Below are positions 29,632-38,928 of a stretch of 64,000 nucleotides of DNA, one piece after another. The stretch is taken from positions 9,218 to 73,217 of the forward strand of contig DATGCX010000027.1 of NCBI GenBank assembly GCA_035311445.1, read 5' to 3'. Source of the stretch: Xanthobacteraceae bacterium (lineage in GTDB: Bacteria > Pseudomonadota > Alphaproteobacteria > Rhizobiales > Xanthobacteraceae). A program made the position numbers and the translations under genes. The notes under the pieces are model-generated. The model did not search any database, was not told the origin of the DNA, and was given only the letters and a program-made list of their open reading frames with translations. Within the stretch, counting starts at the first letter, position 1. Each line of letters opens with the position of its first letter.

Positions 29632-30420
29632 CTAGCGGGCACGTAGGGCCCGTTTCAGTCGTTGGGCTCGGGCTTCATTGGTCGATGACCTCATTGCGAG
29701 AGGCAGCAGTTGCTCGATTGCGGTGGCTAGATCGAGAAACCGGCCCTGCGCCTTATGCGTCCACGGGCTGATCGAGATGGTCGGCGTGATGTTGTTCTTC
29801 GCCGCGATGAACTTCAGGACGTTGACAAACCCGACGTACCAGTCGATGCCCGGATGGCCATTCTTGCCCTTGATGCCCCCGAGACGCTTGACTGCGATGC
29901 GGCACGCCTTCGCAATCTGGCGAGGGTGATTGAGAAAGGCGGGCAGCATGGCATCGGCCTTGTCCCGGTCCCCGACCATGCCGGCCAACGCCGTTACGAT
30001 CTCATTGGCGGCGGCCATGTCGTGGACGTGGTGGAAGCCGGTTTCTCTGCCGCGCAGGGTCTGCTCGATGGTGCTTAACTCCTTGGGGTCATGGCGGCCA
30101 GCGGCGATCGCGTCCAATGCCTTTGCAACCCGTCTCAGCGTCTTTTGCAGGTCAGGGATTTGGAGCTTGGCGCCGGGGTTGTGCCTCGGCGACCCCTCCA
30201 GTTGTTGCAGGCCACGGCCGATGATTGCCTTGAGATCATCCCGTACCTTCTGTTCGTCGTCGGGTGACAGCGCGGCGAAGCCAAGGCCCGCAATGGCATC
30301 GACCAGGGTGGTCACGCATTCGCGCGGATCGACCAGTCCGCGCTTGACCAACTCATCAATCTGTGGCGATCGCTCGTACAGGGAGGCAACGGCGCTGCCA
30401 GTCTGCGGCAGTCGTACCAT
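29632..30420 (-). CDS. hypothetical protein (island cargo, no recognisable domain)
   Basis: 262-aa ORF from ATG 30420 (MVRLPQTGSAV...). It is largely helical and charged, and I recognise no motif. The ORF track extends to 30510. Confidence 0.5.
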   Translation of the reverse strand: MVRLPQTGSAVASLYERSPQIDELVKRGLVDPRECVTTLVDAIAGLGFAALSPDDEQKVRDDLKAIIGRGLQQLEGSPRHNPGAKLQIPDLQKTLRRVAKALDAIAAGRHDPKELSTIEQTLRGRETGFHHVHDMAAANEIVTALAGMVGDRDKADAMLPAFLNHPRQIAKACRIAVKRLGGIKGKNGHPGIDWYVGFVNVLKFIAAKNNITPTISISPWTHKAQGRFLDLATAIEQLLPLAMRSSTNEARAQRLKRALRAR

Positions 30421-31794
30421 GGCATCACTGGCCGGCGGCTTGAATTGGCATTGGCACGACGTTGGCGGCCGTGTCGTTTCACCACAGGCCCACCACAGCA
30501 GCGTGCCCATGCCTCCATCATTCGCCGCCGCTTCTTAAACATGTCGGTCCGGCGATATGCTTCCTCCGTTTTGCTATCGAGCCGGTGCGCCAGCGCAACC
30601 TCAATCATGTCCCGCGGATACGCCTCGATGAGTTCACCGCGCTTGGCCGCCTCGACAATTTCCTCCGGCGTTGGCGCCCAATCCGTTGCCCAATCCTTGA
30701 ACGAAGATCGGAAACCGTGGGGAACGACCTCACGATTGTTCTGCTTCGGATCGACCCATAACGGCAGCCCGGCCTTCTCTCGCGCCTCGTTCATGCGCCG
30801 GATGACTTCGGAAAGTGCCATGTCGGACAGCGGATCATCGGCTTTGTCGCCCGGAAAGACGTAATCGTTCTGGCGGACGCTCCGCATATACTCGATAACC
30901 GCGAGCGCAGGCGCCGTGAGCGGCACACGGTGTTCCCGCTCACCCTTCATCCGACGCGGCGGAACGGTCCACACCTTGTCCGCGGTGTCGATTTCGCCTT
31001 TCCACGGTATTCCGCGGGACTCCGCACTACGGGCCGCGGTCAGGATGGTAAATTCCAACGCCTTCGCGGCTAATCCCTCCTGGGCGCGGAGCTCGGCCAT
31101 GAATTGCGGGATTTGTGCATAAGGTAACGCTGGATGATGCTCGACCTTGTGGACCTTGCTCCGGGCGGGCAGCAGGTGGTCGAGGTGCCCCAGCCAATGC
31201 GCCGGATTATCATCGCTGCGGTGCTTGTTGACCTTGGCCCAATCGAGGATCTTTTCGATCCGCCCCCCGCACGCGGCTTGCCGTCTCGTTCTTCTCCGCC
31301 CAGATGGGTTGCAGGATCTGCATCACTAGGCCGGTATCGACATCCTGAACCGGCAGCTTCCCGATGATCGGATGGACGTAAGTCGCAAGCGTGTTGTGCC
31401 ATTGTTGCCGGTGCTTCGCGTTGCGCCATCCGGCCTCGTGCGCCTTCATGTACTCCGTGGCGCACCACGCGAATGTGACCGACTTCGCCTTGTCGGACTG
31501 CTGTGCAGCGCGCTCGGCCATGCGGGCTTCGATGGGATCTCTGCCCTCCTTGAGGAGCTTCCGGCAGCGCTCGGCCTTTTCGCGGGCCTCACTGAGACCG
31601 ATGGTATTGAGCGAACCCAGCCCCATCTGACGCTCCTTGCCCTTCAGGGCGAATCGGAACAGCCAGCTTTTGTTGAGTTGCCCTTCTGCCTTGCCGGCGG
31701 TGACTTGGAGGTACAGCCCGCCACCATCAGCGTGCATTCCGGGCTTTGCGTGTCTCACTTTGGCCGATGACAGTTGCTCTGTCTGCCGTGCCAT
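30312..31794 (-). pseudogene. int: P4-type tyrosine integrase (DUF4102 N-terminus), +1 frameshift in a C6/G6 run
   Basis: ORF 31210..31884 from MARQTEQLSSAKVRHAKPGMHADGGGLYLQV... breaks at ...ETASRVRG. With G5 instead of G6 (plus-strand C6 at 31263-31268) it continues RIEKILDWAKVNKHRSDDNPAHW... into ORF 30312..31100 (HRVPL...HGFRSSFKDWA...LAH...Y catalytic residues). Confidence 0.85.
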
Positions 31795-31953
31795 CTTGTG
31801 TACCCCCGCTGTTCGTGTTACCCACGTCCCAACCCGCGCTGAATGTGGGTACATCGGAGGACATCCAGAGACAAGCAAGAACAATTGGATTGTGGATTAT
31901 GCAGGGTTTTCAGAAGCTTTTTGGACGTTGGTGGGCGGTCAGAAACGGAAACC

Positions 31954-32043
31954 TGGCGGAGAGGGAGGGATTCGAACCCCCGATACGGTTGCCCGTATGC
32001 CGCATTTCGAGTGCGGTGCATTCAACCACTCTGCCACCTCTCC
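31954..32043 (-). tRNA. tRNA-Ser (anticodon CGA)
   Basis: The reverse complement reads GGAGAGGTGGCAGAGTGGTTGAATGCACCGCACTCGAAATGCGGCATACGGGCAACCGTATCGGGGGTTCGAATCCCTCCCTCTCCGCCA. It has a 7-bp acceptor stem, anticodon loop CUCGAAA, a long class-II variable arm, a TTCGAAT T-loop and an encoded CCA. Confidence 0.9.
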
Positions 32044-32416
32044 GTACGGCTGAAATCGAGAAATGAATTCAATTGTTAGCTATCGAAACTCCCTGCCCGG
32101 AGCGAATTGATGCTGTCGCAATGCGGACGGGTTGGATTCCCGGCCACCGCCTTATAGCACCCCGAGAACTTCCGTCGAGTCACGGCGCTGTCTGGTGCCG
32201 GCACTGTCCGACGTGGCAAATTGACCATATCGCGAAAACGCGAGGTGACCCGCCAAAAGGACACAAAGGGCATCGAACTTCCATATGCGCCGGTCCACTT
32301 CCGACCGCAACGCATCTTCTGCGCGATCGGGCCGCCGCTAACCAGTGATGTCGGTGCTTGTGGGAGGTAGAATTCGCGCCTATGTGATCCTCGGAGTATG
32401 CAAGAGATGCCCAGTG

Positions 32417-32581
32417 ATGGACAGCGCTGCCTCACCGATGCTGACGCGATTTAGGCCCACCATCTGGGTGAGCGCTGCGGTCCTTGGTGCGCTGGCGGGC
32501 GGGACCATCCTCATGTGGGTCCATTATGGTAGTGCGACGTTCTTCGAGATGATCATTGCCGGGCTGGTGGCCTGTTTTTGA
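32417..32581 (+). CDS. small membrane protein upstream of SCO1
   Basis: MDSAASPMLTRFRPTIWVSAAVLGALAGGTILMWVHYGSATFFEMIIAGLVACF has two hydrophobic segments. The stop overlaps the next ORF. Confidence 0.4.
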   Translation: MDSAASPMLTRFRPTIWVSAAVLGALAGGTILMWVHYGSATFFEMIIAGLVACF

Positions 32582-33219
32582 ATGCAGCACGGAAAACGCT
32601 GGATCACGAGGGCAAACGTATGAACGCACGGGTGTCGCGGCTGCTGGTAATATTCACGGCGTTCTTTGCCGGCCTCGCGTTGTGCCTCGGCGTCATCCTG
32701 TTTGTCGGCGGTCGCGGCGCCGGAAACGGAGTCATTCAGGCGGCACCGATCGGCGGATCGTTTCACCTGATCGATCAGGACGGCCATTCGTTCAGCGACC
32801 AGGATCTCAAGGGCAAGACATTTCTGGTATTCTTTGGGTTCACCCACTGTCCGGATGTGTGCCCGACCACCCTGTTCGAGATGTCCGAGGTCATGCGCAA
32901 GCTCGGGCCGGACGCCAACCGCACGGCGGCGCTGTTCATCTCGGTCGATCCGGAACGCGACACGCCGGAGGCAATGAAAGATTATCTGGCAAGCTTCGAC
33001 CCGCATGTACGCGGGCTCACTGGCGATTCCGCCGCCCTGGCGGCAGTGGCGAAGGCCTATCGGGTCTACTATAAGAAGGTGCCGCTCGAAGGCGACGACT
33101 ACACCATGGACCACACGGCGATCGTCTACCTGATGGACAAGGAGGGGCGGTTCGTTTCTCCCTTCAATATGAAACGCACTGCGGAGGTCGCGGCCGCCGA
33201 CCTGCGCAAGCGTCTTTGA
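32578..33219 (+). CDS. SCO1/SenC family copper chaperone / thiol-disulfide protein
   Basis: FGFTHCPDVCPT motif, DP.RDTPE, and HT..VYLMD. The start may be ATG 32620. Confidence 0.85.
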   Translation: MNAARKTLDHEGKRMNARVSRLLVIFTAFFAGLALCLGVILFVGGRGAGNGVIQAAPIGGSFHLIDQDGHSFSDQDLKGKTFLVFFGFTHCPDVCPTTLFEMSEVMRKLGPDANRTAALFISVDPERDTPEAMKDYLASFDPHVRGLTGDSAALAAVAKAYRVYYKKVPLEGDDYTMDHTAIVYLMDKEGRFVSPFNMKRTAEVAAADLRKRL

Positions 33220-33238
33220 GGATTGCGCAAGTTGCGAA

Positions 33239-34135
33239 ATGGTCGGCGGCAAAATGGTGGTACGACATCAGACGAAATGGATCGCCCTCCTGGCTTGTTG
33301 CGGATTCGTGGCGCTCACTGATGCCCCGCCCGCGTTCGCTCAAATGGCGGCCGCAAACCGGCCGACCACGTCGGCCGTGGTGCCGGGCTTCTGGGACCCG
33401 CGCCGCCGTCCCGAGCGACCGGACCTCGCGCGCCTTGCCGCCGTGCGGTTCATGACGGAAGTCGACTATCCGCCGTTCAATTTTGCCGGGCCCGATGGCA
33501 ATCCGGTCGGCTTCAATGTGGACCTGGCGCGGATGGTCTGCGAGGAACTCAAGGTCACCTGCACGGTGCAGATGCGGCGCTTCGACACACTGTTCGATGC
33601 GCTTGACGCAAACCGCGGCGACGCAGTGATTGCCTCGATCGCGGTCACCGAGCAAACCCGCCGGCGCGCCGATTTCTCCGATCCCTATTATCGACCTTCC
33701 GCCCGCTTCGTCGCCCGGCGCGATGCCTCGATCGAGGCAATCACGCCTGAGGCGATCGAGGGCAAGAAGGTCGCCGTCCTCGCCGGTTCAGCCCACGAGC
33801 AGTATCTGCGCACGCTCTTCACCGAGGTGGACGTGCGAGGCTTTTCGGATGCCGAGGCGGCGCGCGAAGCGTTGCGTCGGGGCGAGGTGGATTTCCTGTT
33901 CGGCGACGGCTTTGCGCTGTCGTTCTGGCTCAATGGCGCGAGTTCCGAGGGCTGCTGCGCGTTCGCGGGCGGGCCGTTCGTGGAAAGCCGCTATTTCGGC
34001 GAAGGGATCGGGGTCGCGGTCAAGCGCGGCAACGACACCTTGCGCCGGGCCGTCAACTGGGCGCTGTTCCGCATCTGGGAAACCGGCCGCTTCACGGATC
34101 TTTGGTTGCGATATTTCCCGATCAGCCCGTTTTGA
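33239..34135 (+). CDS. periplasmic substrate-binding protein, family 3 (amino-acid type)
   Basis: Signal ALLACCGFVALTDAPPAFA. YPPFNF...G...GFNVDLARMVC, with D...IASI..T..R....FS.PYY motifs. Confidence 0.8.
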   Translation: MVGGKMVVRHQTKWIALLACCGFVALTDAPPAFAQMAAANRPTTSAVVPGFWDPRRRPERPDLARLAAVRFMTEVDYPPFNFAGPDGNPVGFNVDLARMVCEELKVTCTVQMRRFDTLFDALDANRGDAVIASIAVTEQTRRRADFSDPYYRPSARFVARRDASIEAITPEAIEGKKVAVLAGSAHEQYLRTLFTEVDVRGFSDAEAAREALRRGEVDFLFGDGFALSFWLNGASSEGCCAFAGGPFVESRYFGEGIGVAVKRGNDTLRRAVNWALFRIWETGRFTDLWLRYFPISPF

Positions 34136-34642
34136 CAGCCTGAGCTTTTTGCAACGATATAATCGCTTCGATTGTTGCGACAGGCGTAGCAAACTCCCCT
34201 CGCCCGCTTGCAGCCCCCAAGGGAGGTGGCGATGACATCCCGCCAGTCAGCCATATAGGTCTAGTCGCTTCGGCAGCGCTCGCGTCAATTCGGCGGGGCA
34301 GATCAAGCGCGTTGCGGGCATCTTCCGGGTCCAGCGGGGGCAGGGAATTCTTTCGTTCCGGCACGGAATTTGTCGCGCCGGCGCCGACAATCCATCGATC
34401 GGGTAGGGAGCGGGAGCGCCACGAAACTTTTCCCACGCTTGAGCATTTCTGTATTTTCCGTTGGTCGAAGATGCATGGCCGACAATCGCATACCTGAAAA
34501 TGGGGCTTTCGGGACCTCCCTTGGGGCTTGTCCGACGGCCCCGTGATGGTCCTGCAAAACGCTGGCGGAAGTGCAAGTGGCCAATTGCGAACCGGCATCG
34601 CCACTTGCATGCGGCATCCAAACGATGGCGGATCCGCCGCGC

Positions 34643-34679
34643 AACGAAGTGACGCAGCACGGAACGAAGTGACACAGCA
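34643..34679 (+). repeat. 17-nt direct repeat (16/17 identical, 20-nt period) abutting the monooxygenase start codon
   Basis: aacgaagtgacgcagca (34643-34659) and aacgaagtgacacagca (34663-34679). The last A is the A of ATG 34679. Confidence 0.85.
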
Positions 34680-35983
34680 TGGGCCGTAGTCGACTTGAGG
34701 TCATCATCATAGGCGCAGGCACGGGGGGACTGTGCCTGGCGCAAGGATTGGCGGCGGACAATGTCGCGGTCCGGGTGTTTGAACGAGATCGTTCGCCGGC
34801 CGATCGGTTGCAAGGTTATCGATTGGGCATCAGTGCGGGGGGCAGCAGAGCCCTTCAGAGTTGCCTGCCGGATGCGTTGTTCAAAAAGTTCGTTGCAAGT
34901 TCGGCCAAGCCGAGCAGGTCCGTCAGTTTCCTCGATCATCGGTTGAATCGCCTGCTGGTCATCGACCTTCCAAGAATCCGTCACGCGACCGTGGACAACG
35001 ATCGGCCGGTGAGCCGGGTCGCACTGCGCCGCGTCCTGCTCGATGGGCTCGACGACGTCGTTCATTACGGCAAGAGGTTCATTGCGTTCGAGGATGCGCC
35101 CGGGGGCGCCGTGACGGCTCATTTTGAGGACGGATCGAGTGCGACGGGAGATGTACTGATCGGCGCCGACGGAGCGGGCTCACGTGTTCGGGGTCAGCTC
35201 CTGCCGCAAGCCAAGCGGGTCGACACCGGAATCATGATTATATCCGGGAAACTTGGCCTGAGAGAGAGCGTGCGCGAGAGAACGCCGCCGGCAATCTGGC
35301 GCGGACCGACCCTGATATTCGGCTCAAAAGGTCGTTTCATGTTCGCAAACGCCGTCGAATACGAGGACGCGGGTAGGCAGCCTGCGGCCGCGCGCAATAT
35401 GGACGGATGTGACATAAATCGCGACGATTTTCGATCGGATGATCGCGACGAGTATGTCATGTGGGGCTTTTCGGCCCGCCGCGAGGGATTTGCTCCACTC
35501 AGAAACCTTGAGTCGTTCGGCGGCGATGATTTGAAAGCCTCGGTGCTTGCACTGACAGAGGATTGGCATCCAAAGGTTCGGTACATGGTGCGCCGGGCGG
35601 ATGCTTCCACTGTCACAGCCTTTCCTGCAAAAACCTCCGTTCCGATTCCCCCGTGGCGCACGCGCAACGTCACACTTCTCGGGGATGCCATTCACAATAT
35701 GACCCCGTTCCGTGGAATCGGCGCTAACATCGCCTTGCGCGATGCAGCCGCGCTACGGAAAGCCCTCGTAGCGGTCGATCGCGGCGAGCAGGACCTGATC
35801 CCTACGCTCGCCCAGTACGAACGAGAAATGATTGATTATGGATTTGGGGCCGTTCGCGCATCACTCAAGGAAATGGAACGTCTCCATGCTGAAAACAACC
35901 TGGCACGCGCCGTCACCAAGACTGTCTTCCGCGCGGTCGATCTGATTCCTCCCCTCAAGAATGCGTTTCATGGCAGCCCATAA
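34679..35983 (+). CDS. FAD-dependent monooxygenase
   Basis: Rossmann VIIIGAGTGGLCLAQGL, a DG..S..R motif (GADGAGSRVR), and the C-terminal GDAIH..P..G.G.N motif. Confidence 0.85.
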   Translation: MGRSRLEVIIIGAGTGGLCLAQGLAADNVAVRVFERDRSPADRLQGYRLGISAGGSRALQSCLPDALFKKFVASSAKPSRSVSFLDHRLNRLLVIDLPRIRHATVDNDRPVSRVALRRVLLDGLDDVVHYGKRFIAFEDAPGGAVTAHFEDGSSATGDVLIGADGAGSRVRGQLLPQAKRVDTGIMIISGKLGLRESVRERTPPAIWRGPTLIFGSKGRFMFANAVEYEDAGRQPAAARNMDGCDINRDDFRSDDRDEYVMWGFSARREGFAPLRNLESFGGDDLKASVLALTEDWHPKVRYMVRRADASTVTAFPAKTSVPIPPWRTRNVTLLGDAIHNMTPFRGIGANIALRDAAALRKALVAVDRGEQDLIPTLAQYEREMIDYGFGAVRASLKEMERLHAENNLARAVTKTVFRAVDLIPPLKNAFHGSP

Positions 35984-36104
35984 ATTCCGCATGATGAGCT
36001 GCGCGCACGCGGAATACCAGTTTGTGAAATTTCGCATGAGCCACGGAAGGGAAGCGCCCCAAAATACAGAGGGTGAATTTTAGTTCGACTCATGGAGAAG
36101 TAGC

Positions 36105-36578
36105 ATGCATCCAAGGGCCAATTATCAAAAATCTGCTCCCGATGTCCTGCAAGGCATGCTGGCGTTGAGTGCCGTGGTGAAAAAGTCTAGTCTGGCGCCG
36201 GAGCTTATTGATCTTGTCGACTATCGTGTATCGCAGATCAACGGGTGCGCCTTTTGCCTCGACATGCACTCGAAAGATCTCAGGGCGCGCGGCGAGACGG
36301 AACAACGGCTTTACATGGTCAGCGCCTGGCGCGATGCGCCGCATCTCTATAGCAGTCGTGAGCGTGCGGCCCTTGCTTGGGCTGAAGCTGTGACCCGTCT
36401 CGTAGATCAGGAAGTTCCCGACGACGTGTATGACCAAGCGCGTGCGGAATTCAGCGAAACCGAACTCGCGCAATTGACGTTGGGCGTCGTTGCGATCAAC
36501 GGATGGAATCGACTGAACATCGCGTTCCATACGCCGGCCGGAAACTATAGGTCCTCTGTGAAGCGGTCGGTGGCTTAG
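36105..36578 (+). CDS. carboxymuconolactone decarboxylase / AhpD-like family protein
   Basis: VSQINGCAFCLDMHS (CxxC of the AhpD core), with ERAALAWAEAVT. RBS GGAGAAG upstream. Confidence 0.85.
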   Translation: MHPRANYQKSAPDVLQGMLALSAVVKKSSLAPELIDLVDYRVSQINGCAFCLDMHSKDLRARGETEQRLYMVSAWRDAPHLYSSRERAALAWAEAVTRLVDQEVPDDVYDQARAEFSETELAQLTLGVVAINGWNRLNIAFHTPAGNYRSSVKRSVA

Positions 36579-36653
36579 AAGCCCGCCCGGCCGCAAGTCT
36601 CGGTTTGGCGGGGTTTGATGTGAGCCGTCCCGCCAGGGACGCACGTGTAGCGT

Positions 36654-36725
36654 GTAGAGTCAACCCTTGATGGTCGCCCCATTCGTCGCATCCAGCAACG
36701 GGGCGGCCCCAAGGGTCGCCACTAC
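36654..36725. repeat. imperfect palindromic REP-like unit (gtag.g..acccttg.tggtcgcccc family)
   Basis: gtagagtcaacccttgatggtcgcccc ... ggggcggccccaagggtcgccactac. It has the same core as the palindrome at 38625-38676. Confidence 0.7.
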
Positions 36726-37015
36726 AGCGGACGATGTGCTACAACACCGCTTGTACGGCCGCTCCAATGTCATGGGCCTGATCGGCCCTCAAATCATATT
36801 GGCTCAAGCGATCGGCTAGCCCTGAGAAGCCGTCCAACGTCATCGGAAACTACTCTGCCCTAGCGATTTTGAATGAGGCTGTTGGAGGTTGGGAATATAT
36901 ACCATAGTGGATTATAGATTGGGAAAACAACTGCCGTTGTAATCGTGTTTTACTCGTGTTGATATATTTTCGACGCTCCGAAAGAATAACGGCTGTAAGT
37001 GAAATCGATCGTGTC

Positions 37016-38047
37016 ATGAAGACGTCATTATGTGGTTTTCGTGTTTTGCGGGTCCGCGGTGCCGGTCTCCAGCATGCTTTGTGGCACACTCGTATTCCTA
37101 AACTCATCGCCTGTGCGATCATTTCGGTCGCATCCCAAGCGCAAGCTAATGAGCACGCTCGTACTGCGGCGACCGACCTTGAGGCCCAGATCGCCGAACT
37201 CAAAGCCAAAACGGCAGAACTCGTCGCGCGCGATCCTGCGCGTCTCGATGCGCTATCATCGCCGCAACGCCTTGCCGCTCCTCCGGCCGTGCGGAGGGTA
37301 CCTGATGCTCTGACGGAATTCAGAGATTGCACCGATTGTCCACCGATGGTGGTGATCCCAGCGGGTGAATTCACGATGGGTTCGCCGCCCGCTGAGCTGG
37401 GGGCCGAAGCCCAGCGCCGTGTCATCATTTCGACTCCGTTCGCCGTCAGCAAATTTGAAATCACGTTTGACGAATGGGACGCGTGCTTGAAGGCGGGCGG
37501 TTGCGGCGGTTACCGGCCAGACGACGAGGGATGGGGACGTGGAGAACGTCCCGTGATCAACATTTCCTGGGAAGACGGCCAAGCCTATGCGAATTGGCTC
37601 AGCCATAAAACCGGCAAGCCCTATCGGCTGCTGTCTGAGGCAGAATGGGAATATGCCGCACGGGCGGGCACCACCACGCCGTTTTCTCACGGAAACAGCG
37701 TCTTGCCGAGCGAGGCCAACTACAACGGCAGCACTGATGGGTCGGGTCCGTCGGACGTGAATCGACAGCGCACGATGCCGGTCGGAAGCTTTCCGGCTAA
37801 CGGATTCGGTCTTCACGACATGCACGGCAATGTCTCCGAATGGGTAGAAGACTGCTGGCAGGATGAGTACTCGGCGAGAACGCCGGCGGACGGGTCGGCC
37901 TGGCTCGAAGGCAACTGCAATGGTCGCGTGGTGCGCGGGGGATCGTGGGAAGACAGTCAAACCGAGCTTCGTTCAGCGGCCCGCACCGGCGGCAACAAGG
38001 AGGACCGATTTTATACTGACGGCCTGCGCATCGCGAGAAGTCTCTAA
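37016..38047 (+). CDS. formylglycine-generating-enzyme (SUMF1/FGE-sulfatase) domain protein
   Basis: VVIPAGEFTMGS....R.V.I..PFAVSKFEITFDEW......GG......DEGWGRGERPVINISWEDGQAYANWLS..TGK.YRLLSEAEWEYAARAG. The start may be 36956 or 37016. Confidence 0.8.
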   Translation: MKTSLCGFRVLRVRGAGLQHALWHTRIPKLIACAIISVASQAQANEHARTAATDLEAQIAELKAKTAELVARDPARLDALSSPQRLAAPPAVRRVPDALTEFRDCTDCPPMVVIPAGEFTMGSPPAELGAEAQRRVIISTPFAVSKFEITFDEWDACLKAGGCGGYRPDDEGWGRGERPVINISWEDGQAYANWLSHKTGKPYRLLSEAEWEYAARAGTTTPFSHGNSVLPSEANYNGSTDGSGPSDVNRQRTMPVGSFPANGFGLHDMHGNVSEWVEDCWQDEYSARTPADGSAWLEGNCNGRVVRGGSWEDSQTELRSAARTGGNKEDRFYTDGLRIARSL

Positions 38048-38523
38048 AGCTTGCGATACATCATGAGCGCATCGACAAGTCCTGACCTTGGATGCCGGAA
38101 TGCTTCCGGCAACCGGCCGACGATCTTGAACCCAAACCGCTGCCACAGCGCGACGGCGCGGGTGTTGGTACACACGACGAAATTGAATTGCATGGCGACG
38201 TATCCGGCGGCTGCCGCGTATTGCAGGGCATGCGTGCACATGGCGCTGGCGACTCCGCGCCCTTGGGCCGATGCCGCAGTCACAAACGCGCAGTTCGCCA
38301 CATGGTCGCCGCCACCCGACTGATTGGGGCGGATGTAATAGGTCCCGACCACCGCGCCGTCATCGGCAACAAATACGGTGTGGCCCGGCGAGCGCCAGTA
38401 GGCGAGCGCTTCTGCCCCGGTCCAGTCGGAAGGGAGCGCGTAGGTTTCACCGGCCCGGATGATGGGCGTGATAATCTGTCGGATCGCCTCGTCATCGCCG
38501 GGAATTGCGCGTCTGACAAGCAT
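38044..38523 (-). CDS. GNAT-family N-acetyltransferase
   Basis: MLVRRAIPGDDEAIRQI... and the acetyl-CoA motif QGRGVASAM. Its stop overlaps the convergent FGE gene stop. The ORF track extends to 38601. Confidence 0.8.
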   Translation of the reverse strand: MLVRRAIPGDDEAIRQIITPIIRAGETYALPSDWTGAEALAYWRSPGHTVFVADDGAVVGTYYIRPNQSGGGDHVANCAFVTAASAQGRGVASAMCTHALQYAAAAGYVAMQFNFVVCTNTRAVALWQRFGFKIVGRLPEAFRHPRSGLVDALMMYRKL

Positions 38524-38624
38524 ACTGGTCCCGCTAGGTGATCGCTTTAGCCATCTGATGGGATTTGGAGCGTCGATCAAGTCGCCGTGTTGGAGCCGCA
38601 CGAGCGCCGTCCTCCCGCGTCGCC

Positions 38625-38676
38625 TGCAGTAGGAGCGACCCTTGTGGTCGCGACCACAAGGGTCGCCCCTACTGCA
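38625..38676. repeat. near-perfect 52-nt palindrome (REP-like hairpin)
   Basis: tgcagtaggagcgacccttgtggtcgc|gaccacaagggtcgcccctactgca. Confidence 0.85.
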
Positions 38677-38928
38677 TCCTTCAGTTGGTACGAGCCCATT
38701 GTTATCGCTTTCCTGACGGGCCGATCACTTCAGATTGGCTGAAGCGAGCGAATAGCTTCCATCCACGCTGGGTTTGGCCAGGTCGCCCGTCCGGGCCAAG
38801 GCGGCCGATGACACCATAGTGGGGCACTCCAAATGCCTTAACCATCAGCCTGACCATGGCGGATCGCTGGCGCGCTAACAGTCTAAAAGTTGGAAAGCCG
38901 TTAACGAAATCTGCCGCATTGTGGCGAC

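Larger units (their letters stand above)
27376..31953. mobile_element. decayed P4-type integrative element inserted at the 3' end of tRNA-Ser(CGA)
   Basis: Gene order from the tRNA is integrase (frameshifted), ORFan, AlpA-like HTH, AAA/RepA-like ATPase (frameshifted and truncated), hypothetical, ParB-like fragment. All are on the minus strand. I could not find the distal att repeat by eye. Confidence 0.7.

Noticed and set aside
34122-34610. 162-aa minus ORF in the 540-nt gap upstream of the monooxygenase
   Set aside because: The translation is Pro/Arg-rich, includes a degenerate repeat-derived segment (PLGAASGRGEF), and has no start context. I treat it as non-coding.
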